DNA of 28,475 nucleotides from positions 1 to 28,475 of the forward strand of contig CAZJVP010000085.1 in the NCBI GenBank assembly GCA_964549615.1, in the 5' to 3' direction. The position numbers and the translations under genes are program-made. This stretch comes from an uncultured Thermococci archaeon. Lineage in GTDB: Archaea; CAYQAE01; CAYVLA01. The notes beneath the pieces were generated by a model. That model saw only the letters and a list, made by a program, of their open reading frames with translations, ran no database searches and was not told the DNA's origin. Positions 1 through 7,212 of this stretch are shown here, one piece after another. Every line of letters begins with the position of its first letter. The stretch's first letter is position 1.

Positions 1-19
1 TTTCGCGAAGGTAGACACA

Positions 20-595
20 ATGCCGTTGATCCGCAAGACCCACAAGACGGCCGTGGTCATCATCCCACCCGAGGCAGTATGGCCGCCGATACAGCTGATT
101 CGGTCGGCGCACGATAGGCAGATCCGTAGATGGATGCCCCATATCACGCTCCTGTTTCCATTTCGGCCGAGATCCCAGTTTGATGAACTGGCCGAGGAGT
201 TCTCAAGGGCCTGCAGTTCTCAAGCCCCGTTCAGCATCACCCTTGCCCGGTTTCGTTCTTTCGAACACTCTCAAGAAAGCCACACGATCTGGCTTGCCCC
301 CGAACCTGCAGATCCCCTCGTCCGGCTACAGGCTGCGCTCTGGCGGATCGTGCCGGATTGCGATGATGTCATGGTGCATGAAGGGGGCTTCATCCCCCAC
401 CTCAGCGTGGGCCAGGCGCACGGCAGGGGTGAGACGGCCAAGCTCCTGGAGGAACTTCAAAGCGCTTGGAGGCCCGTGAGCTTCACGGTACGCGAGATAT
501 GCCTGATATGGCGAGGCGATCCGCCGGATGACCGTTTCCGCGTTGGATGCACCATCCCACTGGGGGGCAAGATCCTTGGAGGAGAGCGTGCTTAG
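20..595 (+). CDS. 2H phosphoesterase (2'-5' RNA ligase superfamily) protein
   Basis: Two HxT/S motifs (WMPHITLLFPF; FIPHLSVGQ) about 85 aa apart in a 191 aa ORF, the 2H signature. Confidence 0.85.
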   Translation: MPLIRKTHKTAVVIIPPEAVWPPIQLIRSAHDRQIRRWMPHITLLFPFRPRSQFDELAEEFSRACSSQAPFSITLARFRSFEHSQESHTIWLAPEPADPLVRLQAALWRIVPDCDDVMVHEGGFIPHLSVGQAHGRGETAKLLEELQSAWRPVSFTVREICLIWRGDPPDDRFRVGCTIPLGGKILGGERA

Positions 596-658
596 ACTGC
601 CATGCAAGGACGGCCGGAATCCTGGGGTGGCTGGTTCCTCGGCTTGCGGGTAGGCTTC

Positions 659-1348
659 TCAGTCAATCTTCTTCCCCAAGATCGCCACCTGCTCTATGAG
701 CGTCGCGGCCTTCTCCACGCGGATCTCCCTCTCCAGTGCGTAGCGGAGGCGGATCTTCGTCGCCTTAGTCTCCTCCTCAATGCTGCCTGCTATCGGTTTC
801 AGATCGGTGCCTCTGGCGGCAAGGTCGGCTTGAGCGACCAGAAGCGCCTTCAGCACCCTCTCGGCCAGCGCATCAGCCTCCGTCCTGGAGTGCCCCCAGA
901 CGTCGATGATATAGGTCGCCTTGATCTTTAAGCCCTTCAGCGTGGTGACGGCGTTGCGCGGCAGGTACTCGACGAGGATGTTGTTCTTCTCCCTTGTGGG
1001 AGGGACGCGGAAGGACACGGAACCGGCGCGGTAGTCGGTGCTAAAGTCCCTTCCCTCAACGAGAAGCGTCCCGGGGGGATACTGAACCTTAACGCTCCTC
1101 GGGAGGGGCTTCTCCTTGAGCTTGAAGGAGGTCTGGGTCCCAGTTCCGCTGAACTTTTCCGCCGCTCCGGGTTGACGTTCCTCGACTTCCTCTGCCAGGC
1201 CGGAGCTCTCGAACTCAAAGCCGGCATTGGAGATGGCTAGGCCGGGCAGCTTTGAGGGCGTCGCTCCCAAGGTCATCGCGCCCTTGGGCAGCTCGACGAG
1301 CGCTGCTTCGAGGACCCTTATGATTTCCTCCTCGAATTCCCTGAGCAA
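659..1348 (-). CDS. Putative tail terminator / sheath cap protein (Pvc16/Afp16- or gp15/gpU-like) with an inserted beta-rich module
   Basis: N-terminal helix followed by a PxLAIS strand; C-terminal 'YIIDVWGHSRTEADALAERVLKAL' strand-helix typical of tail terminator folds; last gene of the tail operon; TTG start. Confidence 0.6.
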   Translation of the reverse strand: MLREFEEEIIRVLEAALVELPKGAMTLGATPSKLPGLAISNAGFEFESSGLAEEVEERQPGAAEKFSGTGTQTSFKLKEKPLPRSVKVQYPPGTLLVEGRDFSTDYRAGSVSFRVPPTREKNNILVEYLPRNAVTTLKGLKIKATYIIDVWGHSRTEADALAERVLKALLVAQADLAARGTDLKPIAGSIEEETKATKIRLRYALEREIRVEKAATLIEQVAILGKKID

Positions 1349-1361
1349 TCCGGTCCCCCGT

Positions 1362-2015
1362 CTATGCCTTCGACGGCGTTATCCTGGATTTCATGTGTAT
1401 GACGTTTCCGATCCTTGGCGTGCACTCGGGATCCGTGTTCCTGAAGGTTATGGTCAGCACTTCCTTCTGTGGGTTGGGGTTCACGATCCTGTATCTGTAC
1501 CACACGTACTCATTAGGTGCCAAGAGGTATTCCACGTAGGGGTTGCTTGCCCCCTTGGGCCTCAGCTTGGAACGATCGTGGACGAACAGTTCGCCCACCG
1601 CGTGCTGGGTTCCGTCCGCGTAATCGAGCACGACTTGCAAGGCCTTCTTATCCCCATTCTCCGCCCCGGCCCAGTAATCGATGGAATCAACGTACGAGAC
1701 TATTCCGAATCTGCAGATCTCGCCGGTCTTCCCCTTCTCGAGGAGCCATTGCTTTGTCAGCAGCCCGACGGTTGGCGCCTCGTAGCTTGCGCTCTCTCCT
1801 GGCATGACTTGGTTGAGTTCATATGAGGTGCCCACTGGGCTGGCGATGTTGAGCAAGGTCGTGGTCTCCTGCAAGCTGTCGACGTAGTCCCTGAGGGCCT
1901 TCAGGTTGCGCTCCAGTTCCTGCAGGTCTGATTTCAGAGTTTCCTGCATCTTGTTCCAGTCTTCCGACCTAATCACGTCGCCCGGTTTCTTTACGATCGG
2001 TTCAAATTCCACCAT
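1362..2015 (-). CDS. Putative short tail fibre / receptor-binding protein
   Basis: N-terminal 'KKPGDVIRSEDWN' motif resembling baseplate-anchoring N-termini of CIS fibres, a coiled coil (aa ~23-50), and a beta-rich C-terminal domain ending 'WYRYRIVNPNPQKEVLTITF'. Lies directly after the wedge genes. Confidence 0.55.
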   Translation of the reverse strand: MVEFEPIVKKPGDVIRSEDWNKMQETLKSDLQELERNLKALRDYVDSLQETTTLLNIASPVGTSYELNQVMPGESASYEAPTVGLLTKQWLLEKGKTGEICRFGIVSYVDSIDYWAGAENGDKKALQVVLDYADGTQHAVGELFVHDRSKLRPKGASNPYVEYLLAPNEYVWYRYRIVNPNPQKEVLTITFRNTDPECTPRIGNVIHMKSRITPSKA

Positions 2016-2022
2016 CTACACA

Positions 2023-2940
2023 CTACCCCACGGTTCTGACCGCCGCGCTCACGCCGGCGGCTTTCATAGAGTTCACGATTCCCTCCAAGTAAGCCTTGGA
2101 CAATCCGGAGTCCCTGAGCAGGTCCGACCTAACCTGGACCTCGAAGGCTGCCGGCTTCAGCCTCGTCCACTCGAAACGTATCCTCACAGGAGGCACCCCG
2201 ACGGCGAAGGTGTGCTCGTCGAACTTGGAGCTATCGAATACGCCCACCATGGCTCCGAGCGACTCCGTGTACTCCCAGGTTGAGCCCTTACGTAGAATGG
2301 GAGGCACCTTCACCTTGTCTGGGGAGATCCGCCTCGAGACGTCCTTACCGTCCAGGGTCGCCTTGCCATCCTCTAGGACGAGCTTCCTCCCGCTCCCTAG
2401 CTTGCCGCTCAGGCTCACGTACCCTTTGGTGTCTAGGTTCGAAAGCTTCGGGTCGCTCACCTCCCCGCCCTCCTCCACGCTGAGCGTTATGGTCGGACGG
2501 ACGTCGGATATGCTTCTGCTTCTGAGCGTCCAGGTCTCTCCCGCCCTGACTACGAACTCTGCCGAACATGGGGCGGGGGGGTTCTCGACTATCCTCACGT
2601 CCTGGTCGTCCTTCGCTCCCAACACGGCCCTGACCGCAGCCAGTATGGAGGAAAGGGTGCCTCCGCCCTTGTACTCCTCCAACGCCCTCTTCAAGCGTGC
2701 CTTGAGCTGCGGATCTTCCTCGCCTGCAAGTCGCCTGACTCCCACGAGGGCCGCTAGCCTATCTAGGTCCTGCCCGGTCGCGGCATCCACCCAGTGCGCC
2801 TTCATGACATCCGTGAGCCTGTCCTCAGCTTCGTCAAGCTGCGCGCTAACAGCCTTCAGGATTGCCGAGATGAGGGTGTTCTCTTCCCAGTGCCGATAGA
2901 ACCGCGGAAGCCTGCTGCCGATGCGATCCGCCCGGCTCAA
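2023..2940 (-). CDS. Baseplate wedge protein, P2 gpI / Mu gp48 / T4 gp7-like
   Basis: 'LPRFY...VDAATGQDLDRLAALVGVRR...EED...RLK...KGGGTLSSILAAVRAVLG' and C-terminal 'VNSMKAAGV' pattern of gpI-like wedge proteins; follows baseplate J; TTG start. Confidence 0.8.
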   Translation of the reverse strand: MSRADRIGSRLPRFYRHWEENTLISAILKAVSAQLDEAEDRLTDVMKAHWVDAATGQDLDRLAALVGVRRLAGEEDPQLKARLKRALEEYKGGGTLSSILAAVRAVLGAKDDQDVRIVENPPAPCSAEFVVRAGETWTLRSRSISDVRPTITLSVEEGGEVSDPKLSNLDTKGYVSLSGKLGSGRKLVLEDGKATLDGKDVSRRISPDKVKVPPILRKGSTWEYTESLGAMVGVFDSSKFDEHTFAVGVPPVRIRFEWTRLKPAAFEVQVRSDLLRDSGLSKAYLEGIVNSMKAAGVSAAVRTVG

Positions 2941-2944
2941 TCCA

Positions 2945-4513
2945 TCACTCCCTCAACTCGAAGCTGACGGTTATGTTCCTAGGTTCCGCCCTCTCCTCGC
3001 TGCCTATCCTGATGTTCTCCCTCTGGCTCTCAACGACCTCCTTCTCGCGGTGCGCCTTGATCACTACGTTGGTAACGTCGAGGACCTCCTGGGCCTTGAG
3101 GGCGGCATCGATGACCCTAGAGAAAAGCACGCTCTGGCCTATCCCTAGCGATGATATGTACGTCCTGATCAGCCTCTCGGCCTCCGCGGTTATCGGCAGC
3201 GCCTCCGCCGTCTTGGGAATTGTCAGGATGCATGAGACGTCCACGTAGACGGTCCGCGGCCTTGAGAACTGAACCTTCACGCCTGCCGCGCGGGTCTCCT
3301 CTATCACCCGCAGGATCTCTTCCGGGTCTCCTCCATCCACGACGACCTCGACGACGCCCTCGACCGAGTCGGGCATATCCCGGATCATGAGGGATCTGAC
3401 GCCCTCCACCGCGCGGATGGCGGACTCCAAGGATGAGACGGTCGCCCTACCTGCGAACTCCAAGGCATGTTTGGCCCTTTCCCTCAGCTCCTCGTCGGAC
3501 TCGGCTTCCACGCCGTTCGTTATGTCCGCCTTGTTTATGACGTACTCGACGCCGGGAACCGGCTGTGGCATCACCGTGATCGTCCCCGCCAGAACGTTTC
3601 CCCACCGCCCGGGCCGGTCGCAAATCACGGGGACGTCGGCTTCCCACCTTCCCTCCTGTGCGGGGCGGAGGAACGCCTCCTCGGTCGTGGTGAAGGAGCG
3701 CGTTTCCTCTGGGACTGCCGAGAAGGTCGCAACGCTCGTTCCCCTCGGCACGCGTACCTCCTGGTAGCTAACGTAGTTGACCCGGAAGACCGTCCTCAGG
3801 TCGGGCCTCTTGCCGCTCGGCAGCCACCTGAGGGTGCTGCCCGCGAGGTCGTAGTCGATGCCCCTCTCGAACACGTTCGGAGATCCGTCGAGCGTTCCCT
3901 CCACCTTGGTGATGTCCTTGACGGGCGGCTTCTTGAGCGCGTACTCGGCAGATCCATCGTAGAGGTGGACCTCCCCCGCGATGCTTGCCTTCTCCGGCTC
4001 GACGTTGCGGCCAAAGGTGACGTACCCGCTGGACGGCTGCGGCGGCTTTCTCCTCACGCCTAGCAGCGCCACGACCATGTCGAGGGCCTCGCCGGTTGCC
4101 GTGTCCACGAATCCGGAGAGGTATGCTTGGTCCATCTGTGCGTACAGGTATTCTATCTCCCTGCTGATCGCCTCTACAAGCGTTCTGAGCACGCTGCCGG
4201 GGTTTACGTCGGTTAGCCCGCCCGGCCTCGTGAAGCTGTATCTGACTTCGAATTTGGTGCCTTCATCCGGGTGGTCTGCCCCAAGCCATTCGACCGAGTT
4301 GCCAGACGGTCTGTAGTCGACGCCCTGGACAAATGCCTTCCGCACCCCCCTGTGGAGTCCCTTCACCTCGGCGATCGCCTCAACGGGCCTGTTCGAGAGG
4401 GCGTAAGACGTCCTGCCGCTCACGTAGGTGTGCTCCTCCGTCACCTCGCCCCCGGTGATCTGGAGCAGGATGTCCCTTGCGATCTGCCTGTACTCCTTTC
4501 TCCTAGGCAACAA
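2945..4513 (-). CDS. Baseplate J / gp47 / gp6-like wedge protein
   Basis: 'TDVNPGSVLRTLVEA', 'FVDTATGEALD...LGVRR', 'PGRWGNV', 'NGVEAESDEELRER', 'RAAGV' motifs of the Baseplate_J family; tandem TTG start codons at 4513/4510. Confidence 0.93.
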   Translation of the reverse strand: MLPRRKEYRQIARDILLQITGGEVTEEHTYVSGRTSYALSNRPVEAIAEVKGLHRGVRKAFVQGVDYRPSGNSVEWLGADHPDEGTKFEVRYSFTRPGGLTDVNPGSVLRTLVEAISREIEYLYAQMDQAYLSGFVDTATGEALDMVVALLGVRRKPPQPSSGYVTFGRNVEPEKASIAGEVHLYDGSAEYALKKPPVKDITKVEGTLDGSPNVFERGIDYDLAGSTLRWLPSGKRPDLRTVFRVNYVSYQEVRVPRGTSVATFSAVPEETRSFTTTEEAFLRPAQEGRWEADVPVICDRPGRWGNVLAGTITVMPQPVPGVEYVINKADITNGVEAESDEELRERAKHALEFAGRATVSSLESAIRAVEGVRSLMIRDMPDSVEGVVEVVVDGGDPEEILRVIEETRAAGVKVQFSRPRTVYVDVSCILTIPKTAEALPITAEAERLIRTYISSLGIGQSVLFSRVIDAALKAQEVLDVTNVVIKAHREKEVVESQRENIRIGSEERAEPRNITVSFELRE

Positions 4514-4930
4514 CTACTCCACCTCCAGACGGAGAGGATAGACGACCGTCAACGGCCTCTGACTGCCGATCGGCACCACGCTGATATCGATGTCCACGCG
4601 GCTTGGGTCTTGAGGGTTGGCTGTTACCCTGATTCCCCTGATCTCCGCGATTCTGGGTTCTTCGGACAGACATCGCTCCACGAGGTTCCTGATCATCACC
4701 CTCGTCCTTTCATTGTTGGGTTCCCCGATCACCTGGTAGAGACCTGAGCCGTAGTCCGCATGGCCCGTGTCGGTTAGTTCGCCCTGATCGGTCGCAAGCC
4801 TGTGGATTATTGCCTGCGCCAGGTTTTCTTCGCTAGCGATCGTGTCAAGATCCCCTTCAGCCGTGGCCAGGTCGGCGCCGGCACGCTCGAACTTCAGCCT
4901 CAGGTCCCTTCCCAATCCTTCTTCGCTCAT
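4514..4930 (-). CDS. Baseplate gp25 / GpW-like sheath initiator
   Basis: 'ENLAQAIIHRLATDQGEL...HADYGSGL...IGEP...L..EPRI' is the gp25/GpW pattern; 138 aa; sits between spike and J. Confidence 0.92.
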   Translation of the reverse strand: MSEEGLGRDLRLKFERAGADLATAEGDLDTIASEENLAQAIIHRLATDQGELTDTGHADYGSGLYQVIGEPNNERTRVMIRNLVERCLSEEPRIAEIRGIRVTANPQDPSRVDIDISVVPIGSQRPLTVVYPLRLEVE

Positions 4931-4941
4931 GGGCTTCCTCC

Positions 4942-5736
4942 CTAGTTGATGCTAACCACGCTCCCCCGTATGATCAAGGGTCCGTCGCAGGTGTAGCTGG
5001 CTGCCTGCTTTGCCTTTGCCGTCAGGGCCATCTGGGATTCGATGTTGAGCATCATCTGGGCCTTGATCTCCGCGTTCTGGTCCGATTCGATCTTCACGTC
5101 GGAAGAGTGGATCTTCATCTCGGTTCCCGATTCGAGTTCCAAGGCCTTTCTGCTGTTTATCTCGATGCTTGACGCCGCAAGCGTTATCTTCCCCTTCGAT
5201 CTCAGCGAGGCATCCCCTCCCGCCTTAACGGTCACCTTCCCTTTGGCCTCCACCACGACATCTCCATCCTTCTGGATCCTCACCGTTGTTTCTCCAGCAT
5301 TGAGGCTGACATCTTCGTCCGTGATGGTCAGGTACATGCCGTCAGGAAACTCGAGATAGATCCTGCGCACATCGGGGTTCTTAGCATGGGGTGCGACGTA
5401 TACGATCTCCTCTCCACGGTTCACGGGCGGTCTGTCCTCGTCGTTGTACAATCTGCCAACCACGATGGGCTGGTTGATGTCGCCGGCCACGAAGACCAGG
5501 AGCACCAGATCCCCCACCCGTGGAATGCCGGCGAGGCCGATCACCTGGGTGGCGATCTGAACCTTCCTCAGCTCGACATCGAGCCTCTTGAGGCGCACAT
5601 CGCACTGGTAGTTATCCTTGTCGTCCCTGTCCGAGTGAGGATAGATGTTCGTCACCACGCCGAGCTCGGGCATGCGAAGCTTCCTCAACTCCTCATGGGC
5701 GATCCCCTTGACCGCCTCGACGATGTCCATGTTCAT
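4942..5736 (-). CDS. Baseplate central spike (GpV / gp5 OB-fold plus beta-helix)
   Basis: 'LGVVT...IPRVGDLVLLVFVAGDINQPIVVGRLYN' gp5/GpV OB-fold motif, followed by ~8-residue beta-helix repeats ending 'IRGSVVSIN'. Confidence 0.92.
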   Translation of the reverse strand: MNMDIVEAVKGIAHEELRKLRMPELGVVTNIYPHSDRDDKDNYQCDVRLKRLDVELRKVQIATQVIGLAGIPRVGDLVLLVFVAGDINQPIVVGRLYNDEDRPPVNRGEEIVYVAPHAKNPDVRRIYLEFPDGMYLTITDEDVSLNAGETTVRIQKDGDVVVEAKGKVTVKAGGDASLRSKGKITLAASSIEINSRKALELESGTEMKIHSSDVKIESDQNAEIKAQMMLNIESQMALTAKAKQAASYTCDGPLIIRGSVVSIN

Positions 5737-6704
5737 CCTCCTGCCTTCCTTCGCCCGCGAATCGTCGTGGTGAACCCGGTGGTCTTGCTCAGGTGGTGTT
5801 CCACGCAGATGATCTGCGATTCACCATTCATTGAACGGGCTGGTGCGTTGTTGATTTGGATAGCGTCTCCCACCCGGATCTCGGGCCTTCCCACAGCCTC
5901 GATCGCGGTCGCCGAGGCATAGCGCATCCTTTCGAATATGGCCCTCGCGACCTGTTCGGCCGTCCGGCGATCCTTGACGGCTGCCACGCTCACGCTCACG
6001 ACCTGTGCTGCCCCGGCCTCTCCCCTGACGTCCTGCTTGGTTAGCCACGAATCGGTCTCAGACCCTTTGAAGCTCGCAGGGCTCTCACCGCTCACCCTCG
6101 CGCCGGCGTAGGCCACCTCCATGTCCGACGCCGAGAGCGCGATTATGTCCTTCCCGTACTCCAAGGTGTGGGTTTGATCGGCCGCCCATGCCTTGAAGAT
6201 GAGTTGGCCGTTCTCGTCAGCGTAGGTGTCGAAGTTGCACAGGGTAGCGAGTCTGAGGATGTGCTGGTATGCACTCGCTCCATCATCGATCACGTAGGCG
6301 GGCAGATGGATTCCGTCGGATGCTTGCTTGACCTTTACGCCTCCCTCTTCGGCCAGGTTTCTGACTATCTTGCCAGCGGTCTGGTTGGAATAGGCTCTGT
6401 TCAACCTGAGGCGCAAGAGGGCCGCGCTTGGATCAAGCGCAGTGATCCTGAGGTGGTCGATCCGATGGTCGATGGCGTCGATGAAACCCGTGAAGACGAG
6501 CTTGGGACTGCCATCGTAGCCCAAGCTGACCTTCACCTCATCCCCGGTTGCGAAATCGTGCATTTCGTTGGATGCAAGTCGGATCTCCGAGCTATCCACG
6601 GGCAATCCCATGCCCTTGGTCGTCACTATCTCCAAAACGCTGTCCTCATCGCCGGAGCTGAAGGTCTTTGAACCGATCTGGACTGAATAGCTTGGGCGAA
6701 GCAT
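5733..6704 (-). CDS. Baseplate hub protein (gp27 / P2 GpD / Mu gp44-like, VgrG N-terminal equivalent)
   Basis: 'GDEVKVSLGY...VFTGFID', 'ITALD', 'QTAGKIVRNLA', 'DENGQLIF', 'GRPEIRVGDAI...VEHHLSKTTGFTTTI' pattern; 4-nt overlap with the spike gene. Confidence 0.9.
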   Translation of the reverse strand: MLRPSYSVQIGSKTFSSGDEDSVLEIVTTKGMGLPVDSSEIRLASNEMHDFATGDEVKVSLGYDGSPKLVFTGFIDAIDHRIDHLRITALDPSAALLRLRLNRAYSNQTAGKIVRNLAEEGGVKVKQASDGIHLPAYVIDDGASAYQHILRLATLCNFDTYADENGQLIFKAWAADQTHTLEYGKDIIALSASDMEVAYAGARVSGESPASFKGSETDSWLTKQDVRGEAGAAQVVSVSVAAVKDRRTAEQVARAIFERMRYASATAIEAVGRPEIRVGDAIQINNAPARSMNGESQIICVEHHLSKTTGFTTTIRGRRKAGG

Positions 6705-6708
6705 TTGG

Positions 6709-7212
6709 CTAGCCTCCAGCGGTCTTTAGATCTGAGTAGATACGGTGAATCTTGCGCTGAACCTCGCTCTTGGCGAGCCCGTCCTGGCGGGGCGGCTCGG
6801 TCTCCCCAGGTCCCTTCGGGGGCCTATGCTCCCTCAGGACGAGCGAGTACCGGCTGCCAGAGGGGGCTACGTTGTCGAAGGTCGTCGAGAAACTCTCTAT
6901 GACGACCTCGGTGATGTCGGTAAGGGGCTCGATATCCGAGGAGAAAGCGACGGGCTTTCCCAGCTCGAACTTGGATCTGAGGGCGTTCAGGGTATCTCTG
7001 GTGCCGGGCCCCACCAGCTCGCCCTGAAAGCTAATCTGAAGCGGGTCCCTGCCGAGATCTTGGAAGACGTTGCTCCTTGATCCTGGGATCTTGAGTTCAA
7101 CTATCCGTCTTCTGCCCGAAACCGAGAGGCTTACGATCGTGCGCAACTCCTTGATGACTCCGTCCTGGTCAACCCTCTTGGTCAACTCGACATCGTCAAG
7201 CTTCATCCACAT
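6709..7212 (-). CDS. Putative tube initiator (Mu gpN / DNA_circ_N, P2 gpU, gp48/54-like), no LysM domain
   Basis: 'RRIVELKIPG...VFQDLGRDPLQISFQGEL...VVIESFS...YSLVLRE' tube-like fold pattern; positioned between the TMP-position gene and the hub. Confidence 0.7.
   Translation of the reverse strand: MWMKLDDVELTKRVDQDGVIKELRTIVSLSVSGRRRIVELKIPGSRSNVFQDLGRDPLQISFQGELVGPGTRDTLNALRSKFELGKPVAFSSDIEPLTDITEVVIESFSTTFDNVAPSGSRYSLVLREHRPPKGPGETEPPRQDGLAKSEVQRKIHRIYSDLKTAGG

Noticed and set aside
20-595. 2H phosphoesterase as effector or immunity gene of the tail system
   Set aside because: It is on the opposite, convergent strand and looks like a common stand-alone family; only adjacency links it to the operon.
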